Shown here one piece after another: positions 50,402 to 61,800 of a DNA stretch of 64,000 nucleotides. How positions within the stretch are numbered: the first letter of the stretch is position 1; every line of letters starts with the position of its first letter. The position numbers were made by a program, and so were the translations under genes. The notes under the pieces were generated by a model that searched no databases, was not told the DNA's origin, and worked only from the letters and a program-made list of their open reading frames with translations. The DNA is taken from contig NC_092677.1 of assembly GCF_964355755.1 (NCBI RefSeq), forward strand, positions 6,780,101 to 6,844,100, read 5' to 3'. This stretch comes from Antedon mediterranea. Its lineage: Eukaryota > Animalia > Echinodermata.

Positions 50402-50707
50402 AAAGAGTAAATAGTTTGCATAAACAGGTTAAGGAGTAAATAATTTGCATAAACAGGTTAAGGAGTAAATAATTTGCATAAACAGGTTAAGGAGTAAATA
50501 ATTTGCATAAACAGGTTAAGGAGTAAATAATTTGCATAAACAGGTTAAGGAGTAAATAACTTGCATAAACAGGTTAAGGAGTAAATAATTTGCATAAACA
50601 GGTTAAGGAGTAAATAATTTGCATAAACAGGTTAAGGAGTAGATAACTTGCATAAACAGGTTAAGGAGTAAATAACTTGCATAAACAGGTTAAGGAGTAA
50701 ATAATTT
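50402..50707. repeat. 29-bp minisatellite, about 10.5 copies, inside a CTGCAGTAACT-family MITE
   Basis: Unit AAGGAGTAAATAATTTGCATAAACAGGTT; preceded by MITE left end at about 50311-50400. Confidence 0.95.
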
Positions 50708-51597
50708 ACCAAAGATGTGTGTTCAGATTTAGCCTAAATTAAGGAGTGTGAACAATATACTATACAGTAGTTATATAATATATTATCTGCATATAAAATT
50801 TATAAAATAAAATATTTATGCTTGTATTTTATCACTGATTATGCTATGACTTTCAATTTTTATTAATTTGATATTATTAAATTTAGTATTAAAAAAAATG
50901 TTGTTGACACAAAAACTAAACAGTTTCCATAAATTTGCATTTATTTTAATTTAACAGCGTGATATTATGCAAAATATACATTATTTTTATTGTGATAAAT
51001 AAAACACGCTATTAATTGTGTCCTTAATTTGAAAACAATGAAAAGCATTATCATTCGATATATATATTATAATTATTATTTTTGTATAAATAGTTACAAG
51101 GTAAGTACCCCTTGGAGGATAGAGATGTTAAAGATACCGACCAACGGCTTCGGAATGTAATATACCGACTGATGCGCAATAATACATGCATTATATAAGT
51201 ATTCATGATCGCAGAAATGCGTTTCTTTCGAAAAAATGATCACCGTATAATAATTATTACACTTGCAACATAAAAATGTTCGTACGTTTCAATATAATCA
51301 TGTTCTGTTCTTCGTTCTGTTTAAATATTCCCTTTGTTTTGAATCGTGGCCAGTTCTAGCCCCTATCGACGGACATGACCTTGGACCTTAAAGACCTGCT
51401 TGACACTAAATAACCCTTATAGGTGTAGAAAGTTTATGAAAGCATTTCCGTCGAACAAGGGTATAAAAATAGAGAACATTTACTCAATGACATCATTATG
51501 TTTATCATTGTATTTGCAATATTTTAATATATTTTGAAGGTAAAAGACAGAAATTGGCAATTATGACAGTCCAAGCCACCGATAGTATATGTTTTCC

Positions 51598-51996
51598 TTT
51601 TTCTGCTGCATAAAAATAACCGGTTAAAAACGGTGAGAATAATTTAACCCCAATTTCTTAGAAGCAAAACAGGACAATTTTTTGGTTAAATGGCAGCGTA
51701 AAAATAACGGTTAAAAATACCCATTCAATTTGGTATTAGGACGCCATATTTAGCCGGTTATTAATCGGCAACTTTTAGCTGCAACACAAAATAACAGTTA
51801 CTTGATTGACAGCTAAGTCACTACAGTAAAGTTTGAATTAACTGCCAGGTAATTATAACGATTTTTGTCAACGACCAACCACTGATTTAAACGGTTATTT
51901 TGGAGCAAAATTTGAGCATAAATGCAGTCAAAAAAAAAATAACATTTGAAATCTATTTTGAAATAAATGGTTTATTCGGCACTGTACAGCGGAAAA
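51598..51996. mobile_element. Degenerate MITE-like element with internal AAAATAACGGTTA motifs
   Basis: TTTTTCTGCTG..A / TACAGCGGAAAAA ends; AAATAAC(C)GGTTA recurs in both orientations. Confidence 0.4.
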
Positions 51997-54900
51997 AGAC
52001 CCATATTACCCCTTTTTAGGATGGCGTTAATAATTTATTTAACATTTTTTTCTGCCAAGAAAGTTATCGACACACATGTTGATTTGTTCCGAGCATCAAG
52101 CAGCATCATAATAAGAACAAGGAAACCCAACAGAAACATTATAAATGAGTGGTTGGTATGAGCAGATACTCGGAATTGTCCATTAGACTGGGTTAATTAC
52201 AAAGGCCAAAAACTTAATTCTTAGAATAGGACAAAAACTTTAGCAAATTTTATTGTGATGTCATTTCCTATTTGGAAGTATCAAAGTAGTTTGACCAAAA
52301 AAAAGTGTGATATGCTCAAATATGGTATCCAAAATCTTTGAATTTATCATGCATCAATAACACCCTTGCTGCTGCAGTAATTCTGTCATTGCTGCAGTAC
52401 TTAATAAACATTTAAATTGAAGCAACAAATCCTTACACTTTTTTTTCCCCAATTTCTGAATACCTGATTTACACGTCCAACATATGCTAAATTCAGCGTA
52501 AAAAACTCATAATAGAAAGACACACACATTTGCGCAGATAAGACTAAGACTTTACATCAACTCTGAAACAATTTCTCAAGTTCGTACTAAGGTAAAAATG
52601 TGCAATACTATATGTTACATTTTCGCAAAAATGTTTTTGTCAAGAAAATCGAGTATTATAAGTCAGAGAAAATGAACACTATAAAATAATGCTGGATGAC
52701 TTAGTTGACGATTAGATTGCAATTGTAATTCTCTAGAAAGCATATTTTTATTAAATATTTTTATAGCACCTAGTTTCTACTGCAGTAAATCTACTAACAT
52801 TGTACAATGGTACCTGTATTATCTACTGCAGTAATTAATTTCAGTAAGTAATCTATTTTAGTAAGTCTACTAATGATGTTGTTAATTACAACCTATAATG
52901 TTGAATTTTTATTGCAATAATCCCAACATTGCTAGTGTTAATGTAATTTAAAATAAATATAATTCCTGCAGTTACCTACTGGTTACAATTTTTCAGGGAT
53001 AGCTACTGTATAATATTGCTTCGTTCATCTACGCCACCGAGATTCTACCTACCCAGCAGGCAAATTATATTCCATAAGGCCTAAATCTATCTTTCCTTTA
53101 GTTGCTTACATTTGAACTTGTCTCTTTTATGAAAAAAAAGAACTGCCATGTGCAAATCCTGGCTACAGGTTTGGGTCTCTAAATGTATTTACAGCTTTTT
53201 TTTATTAAAAGGGAGGGCCTGAATAATATAATATAAATAAAACATATAGTGCTTATAACAAGCAGGAAAGTACTTCCACTTGTAAAAGGAAGTTCTGATG
53301 TTCAGATAAAGTAGTGCTAAATAAAAGTAATCCATTGTGTCCCCCAATTGAACCGGTAAGGAAGCACTTATCAAAACACAATGCCATGTGAAAATATCAA
53401 AAGTAAAGCCAAGATTTAAAGATACTTTCCACCTGAAAACAAATTATTTTTCAGGTCTTGTCTTTTAAGGCGAGCGAGTGCGATCACTCACCTAACACCC
53501 TACTAAACTAAACTGCGATTTACAACAGGCTTAAATTTGGTAAACTTACAACTCTACACAACAAAATACAAACAGCACACCTACAGTATCCCTGAATGTA
53601 TTGAGGAGTGAAATTTGTAGCACACCTATAATTTTCAAAAGACTTTTATACATAATTTGATTTGAATTTGACAAAACGGTTATTTGAGTTAAACTTAATA
53701 TAATTATTTAAAAAATATTTACCCAAAAAATAATTTACCTGATAATTAAAACTGTAATTTAAAGAAATATAGAAGCCCATTGTTTAAAAGTCAATCTTAA
53801 TTTTGTGAAATTTGGGTAAAAATATAACCTTACAAAAAATACAAAATGGCCTATTCGACGTTTAATTTTATTCATTTTCATTTTTCATGTTTTGGCGACA
53901 ACAAATTAAGTGAGATTAATTTGATTTGCGAATGGACGTTTCTGTAAAAAAATTAATTTATTCAAAATTAAATACCTTGAAACTTAACGGCCCCGAAATT
54001 CCTAAACTCACACATAGTCTACTAAATAAAGCACATGTTACAAGCATAATCTATCTCATATGCATATGAATAGAAAAAAAACTGTCGGTGATGACGCCCT
54101 TGACGTTCGTCCTCCCCCCGCTAAAGCAACTTCAAGCCATGTGCAAATATAACAGCATATTTTACCGAGTGATGCATTCTGGGAAGGGCGGTCACGGACA
54201 GAATTAGCTTAAACTGACCTTTGCAAGCAGCTTGACAATAAGATAGCTCATAGAGTAAATATATTATACAAAACGAAGAACATTTTCTACATTTAAAACG
54301 ATAATAGCGAACAACCACAAATTACCGAAAAAATCGTATTTAAAGTCGCATCGTTAACGGTAAATATAAATAATACATAGGTGATTAACAACTTTAATTT
54401 TCTTTTTGGAATAAGAAATACATTTCGTTCAAAACCGCACTATCATTAACAACTTTCAGTGTTCAATCGGAACTTGATTAATTGTTTATATTCAGAAATA
54501 AACTCCATAAAAACATGCAAATGATGATATATCAAATATGATATTTTCACTATAAACGTTAGTATCAATATTGCTGATTGTTTTCATACACGCAATTTAA
54601 ATATTTCAAAAAGAGACGCTTAAAAAAAAAAATGTTCAAAAAACCGTCATACGGAAGTCTAAGTTCAAAACTTAAAAAGATAGCGTGAACAAAGCGTATT
54701 ACATTTACTGGCAGCTCCGTCGAATATATTTATTTACAATACTAATCTACTATTTTTCTGTACGCGGCTTGCGGTTCAGTAGACATAAACGAATACCGTC
54801 TCAACCGTATTAAATTAACGACACATAATTTAGATTTTGCAGGTAACCACAATCTATTGTACTGCAGTTTGTAGTTAACACATTTCGACATTACTTAATT

Positions 54901-57900
54901 CAAGGTTAAGCAATGTTATATCAATATATGACACTTGATAGGTAACATAACATACAAACTGTTTTTTCTTGTAAAAAACGTGACCGATTTGACTGATCAA
55001 AAACGGCAAAACCCCAAAAAATTATTCATTCCTTTATTCCGTTTAGTTCGGAGAAACAAAACATACAAAACAAAGAAAAATGCAACAAGATAATTAATAA
55101 GAACATCTTCTACAATCACAACCCGAGAAATTAATTTACACCATAAGGCTGACGAAGGTGGGTTTGTAGTTTTAATTAAACCAAATACAAATGTCATGAA
55201 TTTAGTTTATTAATGGAGTTCCTTGAATATTCTTAAAATGTTATTCGTAAAAAACATCATGCTTGCGCTATTGTAGCTTTAGGTAAACTTATAATACCTA
55301 TCACAGTTTTTTTTTTAATTTTGAAATATTGTTGTAAAGCAATGTTGACATTATTCATTCGAAATGTCTATATCATTTAATATATACATAAATTTAAAGA
55401 TATTAGATATATTAAAGATGTACTGTACAATATACTGACAGAAGAGTGCTAAAAGTTAAAGATGGGTGACAAGACACCTTTAAACGACAGGTGCAGGCAA
55501 AACATTACTATTGATAATACATTCCAAATTAATTATCACTCTATAATTTCACCTATTTTAAGATCATAAGAACCTTCTTTGAGGTGATACTTAGTTTAAA
55601 TTTACTATTGTTTTGTACAAAAAAAGTTTCATCAGATGACTTTTAACCATTGGTTTGTTTTTATTCTACTTCAGATTTTTTTATTTTTAGCGCTATATGA
55701 AAATGACCAATACACAATTACAATATAATATTTTTTTTCAATTTTCTGAGTCACCGGATAGGGTGATCTGATGCTTATCATTAACTTGTAGAATTACTGA
55801 AAACAAGTCATTTTATTGTGATTTCTGTTACACATTGGTAATTTGTGTATACTAGGGAATATGTTTAAATTATTCTAGTGCAGTTACTGCAGTAACTAGT
55901 AACTGTTAACTCCTTTCTCTTCTGTTTCTATTGTAAATGACAATACAATAAATGAAAGTAATTTTCTACTGATGAATTGGGAAAAAAAAGTTTAAAGCAG
56001 TCTGTACATTTTTAGTGGCCCGTCATCTCATCACTCTAGGCCATCCAAACATCCAACATAATTTCACATTTAGAGTGAATGACACAGGTGAAAGGTTGTC
56101 CTGAATTTTGCTACTTTTAAACAAATTATTGTGGAGAAATAAAAAAAAGTAACATTTTTAAGCGCACTTCTGGTGTCCCCAAGAAAATAAAAACAGCAGC
56201 ATTATTCTGGAATATTGGTGCAGCAGAAACACAGCCTAGAGTACTGCAAAGCTAGTTCTTATCAATTGACACCGCCTGTCAACAGGTCTTTTAATTCATC
56301 CTGATCTTACTAACAGTTCAAACAACTTTCGTACAAAAGTCTATAGTTTAAAACTTACATACGGTAAGCAGAAAAGATAGCGTGAACAATATTACAACAC
56401 TTCCAGGCTACAAAACATTATATAACACACCTTATAAGTGTATCGTTGGCATTGGTTGATTACGTATCACGTGACATGCATTATTTGGATCCATCCTCAT
56501 GTTAGGTGATACATAGCGTGTTAAGGTTTGCAAAAATTTGCGAAGTTTGTGCGGTGACTGTGCAGAGTCAACACACTGAACTACTCTGCGGCCAAATTAT
56601 AAGCAATGAAAATATTATTTTGGACCTAGTAAATAAAATTTGAATACAAATATCTTTGAAAAATAGAATTAGAAAAATAAAACAAGAATAATTGTGATTT
56701 TAGTATTATTTATTTTTTCATAAAAACGATAAGGAGTTCAGCTGGTTACAAATTAGAAAGTCTTTGATTGGAAAGAGACCTCGATGTTGATTTATGCTTT
56801 TCCCTCTTAAAGATGGCATTAGCAGAATTAAGAAAGATCATCACAAACATAATGTATTCCGAGAAATAATTATATTTAGAATTTCATGTTTAAATTTTTT
56901 GCCTCACTTCCTTCAACAGGTGAGCATACTAGAAAGTGTAATTAACTTTAACAAAAAAAAATTAAATGAAAAAACTGCTTTGTAGAAAAAACATGAAACC
57001 AAATAAAATATTCATGTCGGTGGCAATATAAAATGCTACTTTATCATGATTCAAGATACAACGGTCAGAGGTCAAACATATGCTAATGTTTATGAGTTAC
57101 CATGGCAGAAAACTGCATTGAAATACTTGCGTTCAAAGCTAAACCAAACTTTAATATATTACTAAACATAATGACATAGGGTCAGTATAAGGTCACAAAC
57201 ATAGTGCAAGCCAATGTTGGTAAACATTTTAAGCCCATGGGAGTAAAACATACACAGTGCTAACAGTAAATGGCATCATAACAAAATTCCAAGTTTCTTC
57301 GTTGTCAGATCACGACAAAAAAATTATTTTATTCCCTGATGAGATTTAGATCTGACTACATTTCGGGTCAAATTAGCAGGAAATTTATTAAATGAATTAA
57401 ATAATTTTATGTATATTTATGATTAATATAATTTAATTAAATAAATTATTTTGTGAACCGTCAAATATCTTTCATGTGTAACCTTCAGACGGAATAGTAA
57501 TTTAAGAAACCGCAGAGTTCGGGAAAAAACGACAAGTAGGGATAAATGTGGTTAGACAAGTTCAACATTAATGAGATTATATATTCTTATATTATTATAT
57601 ATAAACACGAGAAAAGGTCTATGTATTCCATGTGTTGTAAATTACATAAATTGTTACATTTGAAACTTATCATAAATTATCAAAAATATTAATACAAAAT
57701 ATTAAAAAATCTATGAATACAGTAACATAACAACAATAAAAATATGTCGCTGATGTGTTAACATGATAATAGATTCTTCGTGTTATAGTATTCATTTTCG
57801 CATTACAACTCAATGAAAATATTTTAGCAGCGCTGGCTGATTAGCATGTTTCTCGTTCGACCTCCTCTAGTTCCGTATTGACCTATGCTACTTCTTGCTT

Positions 57901-58270
57901 TCTAGCATGGTTTTCAATATTTTTGATTGGCTGATGTCATTTCGCGAAACTGAATTGCCATCCGTTTTCTGTAAATGTCCATTTGCTGTTTTGTAAATGA
58001 ATTCATGTAACAATTTGTTGCATGCTGACAGTTTGAATTAAGTTGGACTTTTCAGAAATACATGAAACGATAACATGTATACGCTGGGAATTGAAAAAAA
58101 AAATTCTTTTTCGTTTATTTTTCTTTTTATATTTTCTTGTTTTTCTCTAAAACCGATTCCAAAGTAAAAAAGAAATAAACTATTACTGGAATAATAAAGT
58201 TTATAAGGTCACAAAAAACTGTTTTATTTAAAGTCCCATTCCCTACAATTGTTGACGTTTTGTTAAAATA

Positions 58271-58304
<34 letters not shown>

Positions 58305-58305
<1 letters not shown>

Positions 58306-58346
58306 TGCACTGACGAAGGGCTAGTGTTGCCCGAAAGCTCTGCTAA
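58305..58346 (+). ncRNA. Minimal type I hammerhead ribozyme in a Penelope-like element end
   Basis: TTGCA CTGACGA A GGGC tagtgtt GCCC GAAA GC TC TGCTAA: CUGANGA and GAAA core boxes, stem II GGGC/GCCC, palindromic AGCT stem III, UC cleavage site (after 58340), stem I GCA/TGC. Confidence 0.75.
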
Positions 58347-58454
58347 CTTTTCTGGCTGCTTTTTATTTTTGTATCTCCATTGAGATCCAGCCACTGATAC
58401 CCACAGCATTGTCATTTTTTTCAGTAATTTGCCTTTGGATTTATATATATATAT

Positions 58455-58864
58455 GAATATGAGCACTGTTTCTATAATTTACAGTATGATTTATATATAA
58501 TTTACACAGTGCTACGCAACATCATTGATTTACATATACACAATATTATTTAAAAAACCGTTGCGAATTAAAGTTGGAATTTATTCTGACTTGTTAAGCC
58601 TCCACCGATTGTGAGGGCGTTTGTTGTATGAGAGAATGTATCTGGTGGGTGAAAATCTGTGATAATACCATACATGGCTCTGTGGTCTAGTGGTATGATA
58701 CTCGCCCTGTAAGCGAGAGGTTGCAGGTTCGAATCCCGCCAGAGACATTTTTTCATACAACTAAAAAAATACGGAACTTTCGCCAATGAGCTATGCTCGA
58801 CGCGATTATGAGATCATGTTCCGAATATGAGCACTGTTTCTATAATTTACAGTATGATTTATAT
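58455..58864 (+). repeat. 368-bp unit bounded by identical 42-bp direct repeats
   Basis: GAATATGAGCACTGTTTCTATAATTTACAGTATGATTTATAT at 58455-58496 and 58823-58864, between (TA)n tracts. Confidence 0.9.
58676..58747 (+). tRNA. tRNA-like gene/pseudogene: tRNA-Pro-like body with UGU (Thr) anticodon
   Basis: 72-nt cloverleaf; A box TGGTCTAGTGG, B box GGTTCGAATCC; anticodon stem CTCGC/GCGAG, loop CC-TGT-AA; T6 terminator at 58748-58753; defects: G2-A71 and T-stem A-C mismatches, C33. Confidence 0.6.
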
Positions 58865-61800
58865 TATATTGTATATATACAAATATATATATATATATAT
58901 AAATTTAAAAACTTGTTATTGTAAATTATAATAAAAAGAGAGTAACAATGCACTACAAATATAGCTTGCGTTGAATGTCCTCGTGGACGGTCTTTAGGCC
59001 TCGCTTAGTAGGCATAGCTGGTAAACAGCAGTAATGTACGAAAATCACACGCTAGCTATAGGCCTAGACTGACGTCTAGTTGCTACAATAATTGTATTTC
59101 TATTTTTGCCAGAATCTGTTAATACAAATTGGGGAATAACCGGTGGGTGAATCACAAGAAAAACAAAAATATCAATCCATGCGCAAGGCGTGTTGTGATT
59201 TATAGCGGGCCGCTTAAATTATTAGAATCAATTTTTTACATTTTTAACCGTTTAAAAGTTATCGCAATAGGGCAATATAATATTTATTTCTACATTAAAT
59301 GTAGTTTGTGACCTTAAATTAGATCTAAAAAACGTAGGGAATGGGTCTTTAAAATACTAATATAATCCCATCCGCAAGTATAATCCCATCCCCACATTTT
59401 CGCGAATTTCTGTAGCCAGTATTTATATTCAGACCATCTAAAAGCAAATACTCACAATACTTGCCAATTGCATAATGGGAAACAATCCATACGTTCTAAA
59501 CCAAGTTTTAGGTATACTGTAGGTAATGGACGTTATATAGACTGTCGGAACAAACATGAGACATAATTTTAACCCTTGGATTGGTAAGCGGGAAATCAAG
59601 CAATAGTGCCACAACAATTATGTTTATTAATTTACATTACTTTTTGCTTATATTTATTTGTTCTGTTTTTGCAGTATGTATCACATTTTAAGAAATCTAG
59701 AGCGACCACTCAGTTTCTGCATCACTTTGCTGAACTCTAGTTGACTGTATAGTATGTTTATGTTTCACTCTTTAACTACTAATTGTTCCCGATTCCCTCA
59801 TACAAAAACTTGCATTTAATATCGGTAATTAAATATATTTATGCCCAAAATATTTGTTCAAACATTGCTGAATGATAGAAGCAAAGAAGACTGCCTATAC
59901 GGGGCTAATACATAATGTGAATAACGCTATTCAAGGCTAAACTAAGCAACACAAAAAAACGCACTTCAATACAATACAAACATCTTTACCAATTTGAGAC
60001 AGAATAATCATATTTAGATTGGCGATTGGCTTTCAGTATAGTAAAACTATATCAATCACATATACGAGATCTCACGGGAAGTAACCGTATAAACGGGATG
60101 ATATCTGATCATCGTTATCATAGCAAATGATGCGGTATGATACTGTACGTTTAAGATCATTCATTTGCTTTTGGAAATGGAGTAAGTAAACAACGAACAA
60201 GTCCTTGAAACTAAAACTATCTTGGAATAAATAGTTCCATAAAACCATTGAAATATAAAAATGTAGAAGTTTTGAGTTTTTTAAAATGTTATTTACAATT
60301 GGAAAAATTTGATATACATAGGCCATATGAGGAAACTTATACCAAGGTTTCAAGAATATATTATATGTCACTTTCCACTACTTGCAGAAGCTTATATCAT
60401 AGCAACAAATTATTAATTTCATAAATAACATAATTATTTGAATAATGCAATTAATAATAAATAAAATAGTATAATAGAAAATATATTAGATGTCTGATGA
60501 CAAATTTGAGTTGTGGTGTGGAGGAAGCTACACCCACAGAAATTTGAAGCTGGACTGTGTCAGATCAAACATTCTTAGTAAAGTATTGGCCAGATGGAAA
60601 AGTCTATTCCAAAAGAAAAAGTGAACTGATTTGATAAATAAAGCAAGTGACTAAAGCAAGAAGATTCAACGCCAATGTAGCCAAGAGTGAAATGTGGTAG
60701 GTCAGTAAAGTATACGTTAAAGGAGAGTTATTCCATGGAAGAATTATTAAACAACTTCCATGGTATTAGAATTTGTACAAATGATACTGTGCATATCTTA
60801 CGATTGGACCAGTTACCCTGCCTGGTGGTCTAACGGTCAAGACACGCAACCTTACAACTGAAATTGCATATATAGCTTTTAATATATTAACTTCAACAGT
60901 ACTTCAAAAATTTAATGAGATTGAGATAAGATGTTTAAAATGGAATGAAGAGATATTATTTGTGCACAATACCACATTAATAAACAAATATACATCATTC
61001 ATAGGTGTGGTCAATGACAATAATAATAATTTTATGCAAAATGAGGATATTTATATGTATTTAAATACAATTTTTATGATTCAGTACATTAAAAAACATC
61101 CTTAAATTACCTAAAATTATTACCATGCCCATTGACCACATCTGTTTCATCATAAAAGTGTCTAACTCACAATGATTGAGGGAGACAGATTACTAGCAGT
61201 ATTATTAGTATGAATATCAGCCTGGATCAAAGCTAATTGTAAATATTCAACAACAGTTAGCCTTGGATCTGACGATACCCTGTTACATTATTAAACCGGA
61301 CGGACAACTTACGTTTCACGCATACCCCAAAAGTCCTACTTAACTCCACAGAGACTTGGACTAGGAGATAAGTCTGAGTTAGCCTGTTTCATAGAGGTCA
61401 ACAAGCCAAGTAGGACAAACACATACAGACAGTAACATTAACCAGTTACATAGTTATAGTGCCCGGAAGTGCACCCTCTTTTGGCAAGAAACATGAAATA
61501 TAACATTAATGTTATAGCAATAAACATTAATGTTGTATATATCACATTACTTTGGTACGTCACATTAATGTCAAAGTGCTCAATTATTGAATAAAAATCA
61601 AAACATTTAAGTAAACAAACATTGTGTGTTGTGTTATGTGGAAACAACATTAGTTAAATGATTTAAAGATTGACAGTATTCAATAGGCCTAGTATGTTGT
61701 ACAGTAGAGCACCCTCGTGTGACAGAAAAATTATACAAAAAAAAAGCAATAAACATAAGATGATAGTTTGGAAAGTATGTACGTTAACAATAAAATAACA

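Larger units (their letters stand above)
58232..59348. mobile_element. TTAA-flanked non-autonomous DNA transposon (Kolobok-like), carrying nested insertions
   Basis: ttaa|AGTCCCATTCCCTAC ... GTAGGGAATGGGTCT|ttaa: 15-bp TIR with one mismatch, AG..CT termini, TTAA duplication. Confidence 0.75.

Noticed and set aside
50402-50707. CRISPR-like array (29-bp repeats)
   Set aside because: Head-to-tail repeats without unique spacers, no cas genes, eukaryotic context; the same applies to 3421-3758 and 15844-15993.
55148-57380. Other CTGANGA motifs (about 55149, 55969, 57336) as hammerheads
   Set aside because: No stem II closed by GAAA and no cleavage triplet with stems I/III.
60490-60710. Short ORF MSDDKFELWCGG... 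(44 aa)
   Set aside because: Short, no recognisable domain, no supporting exon chain.
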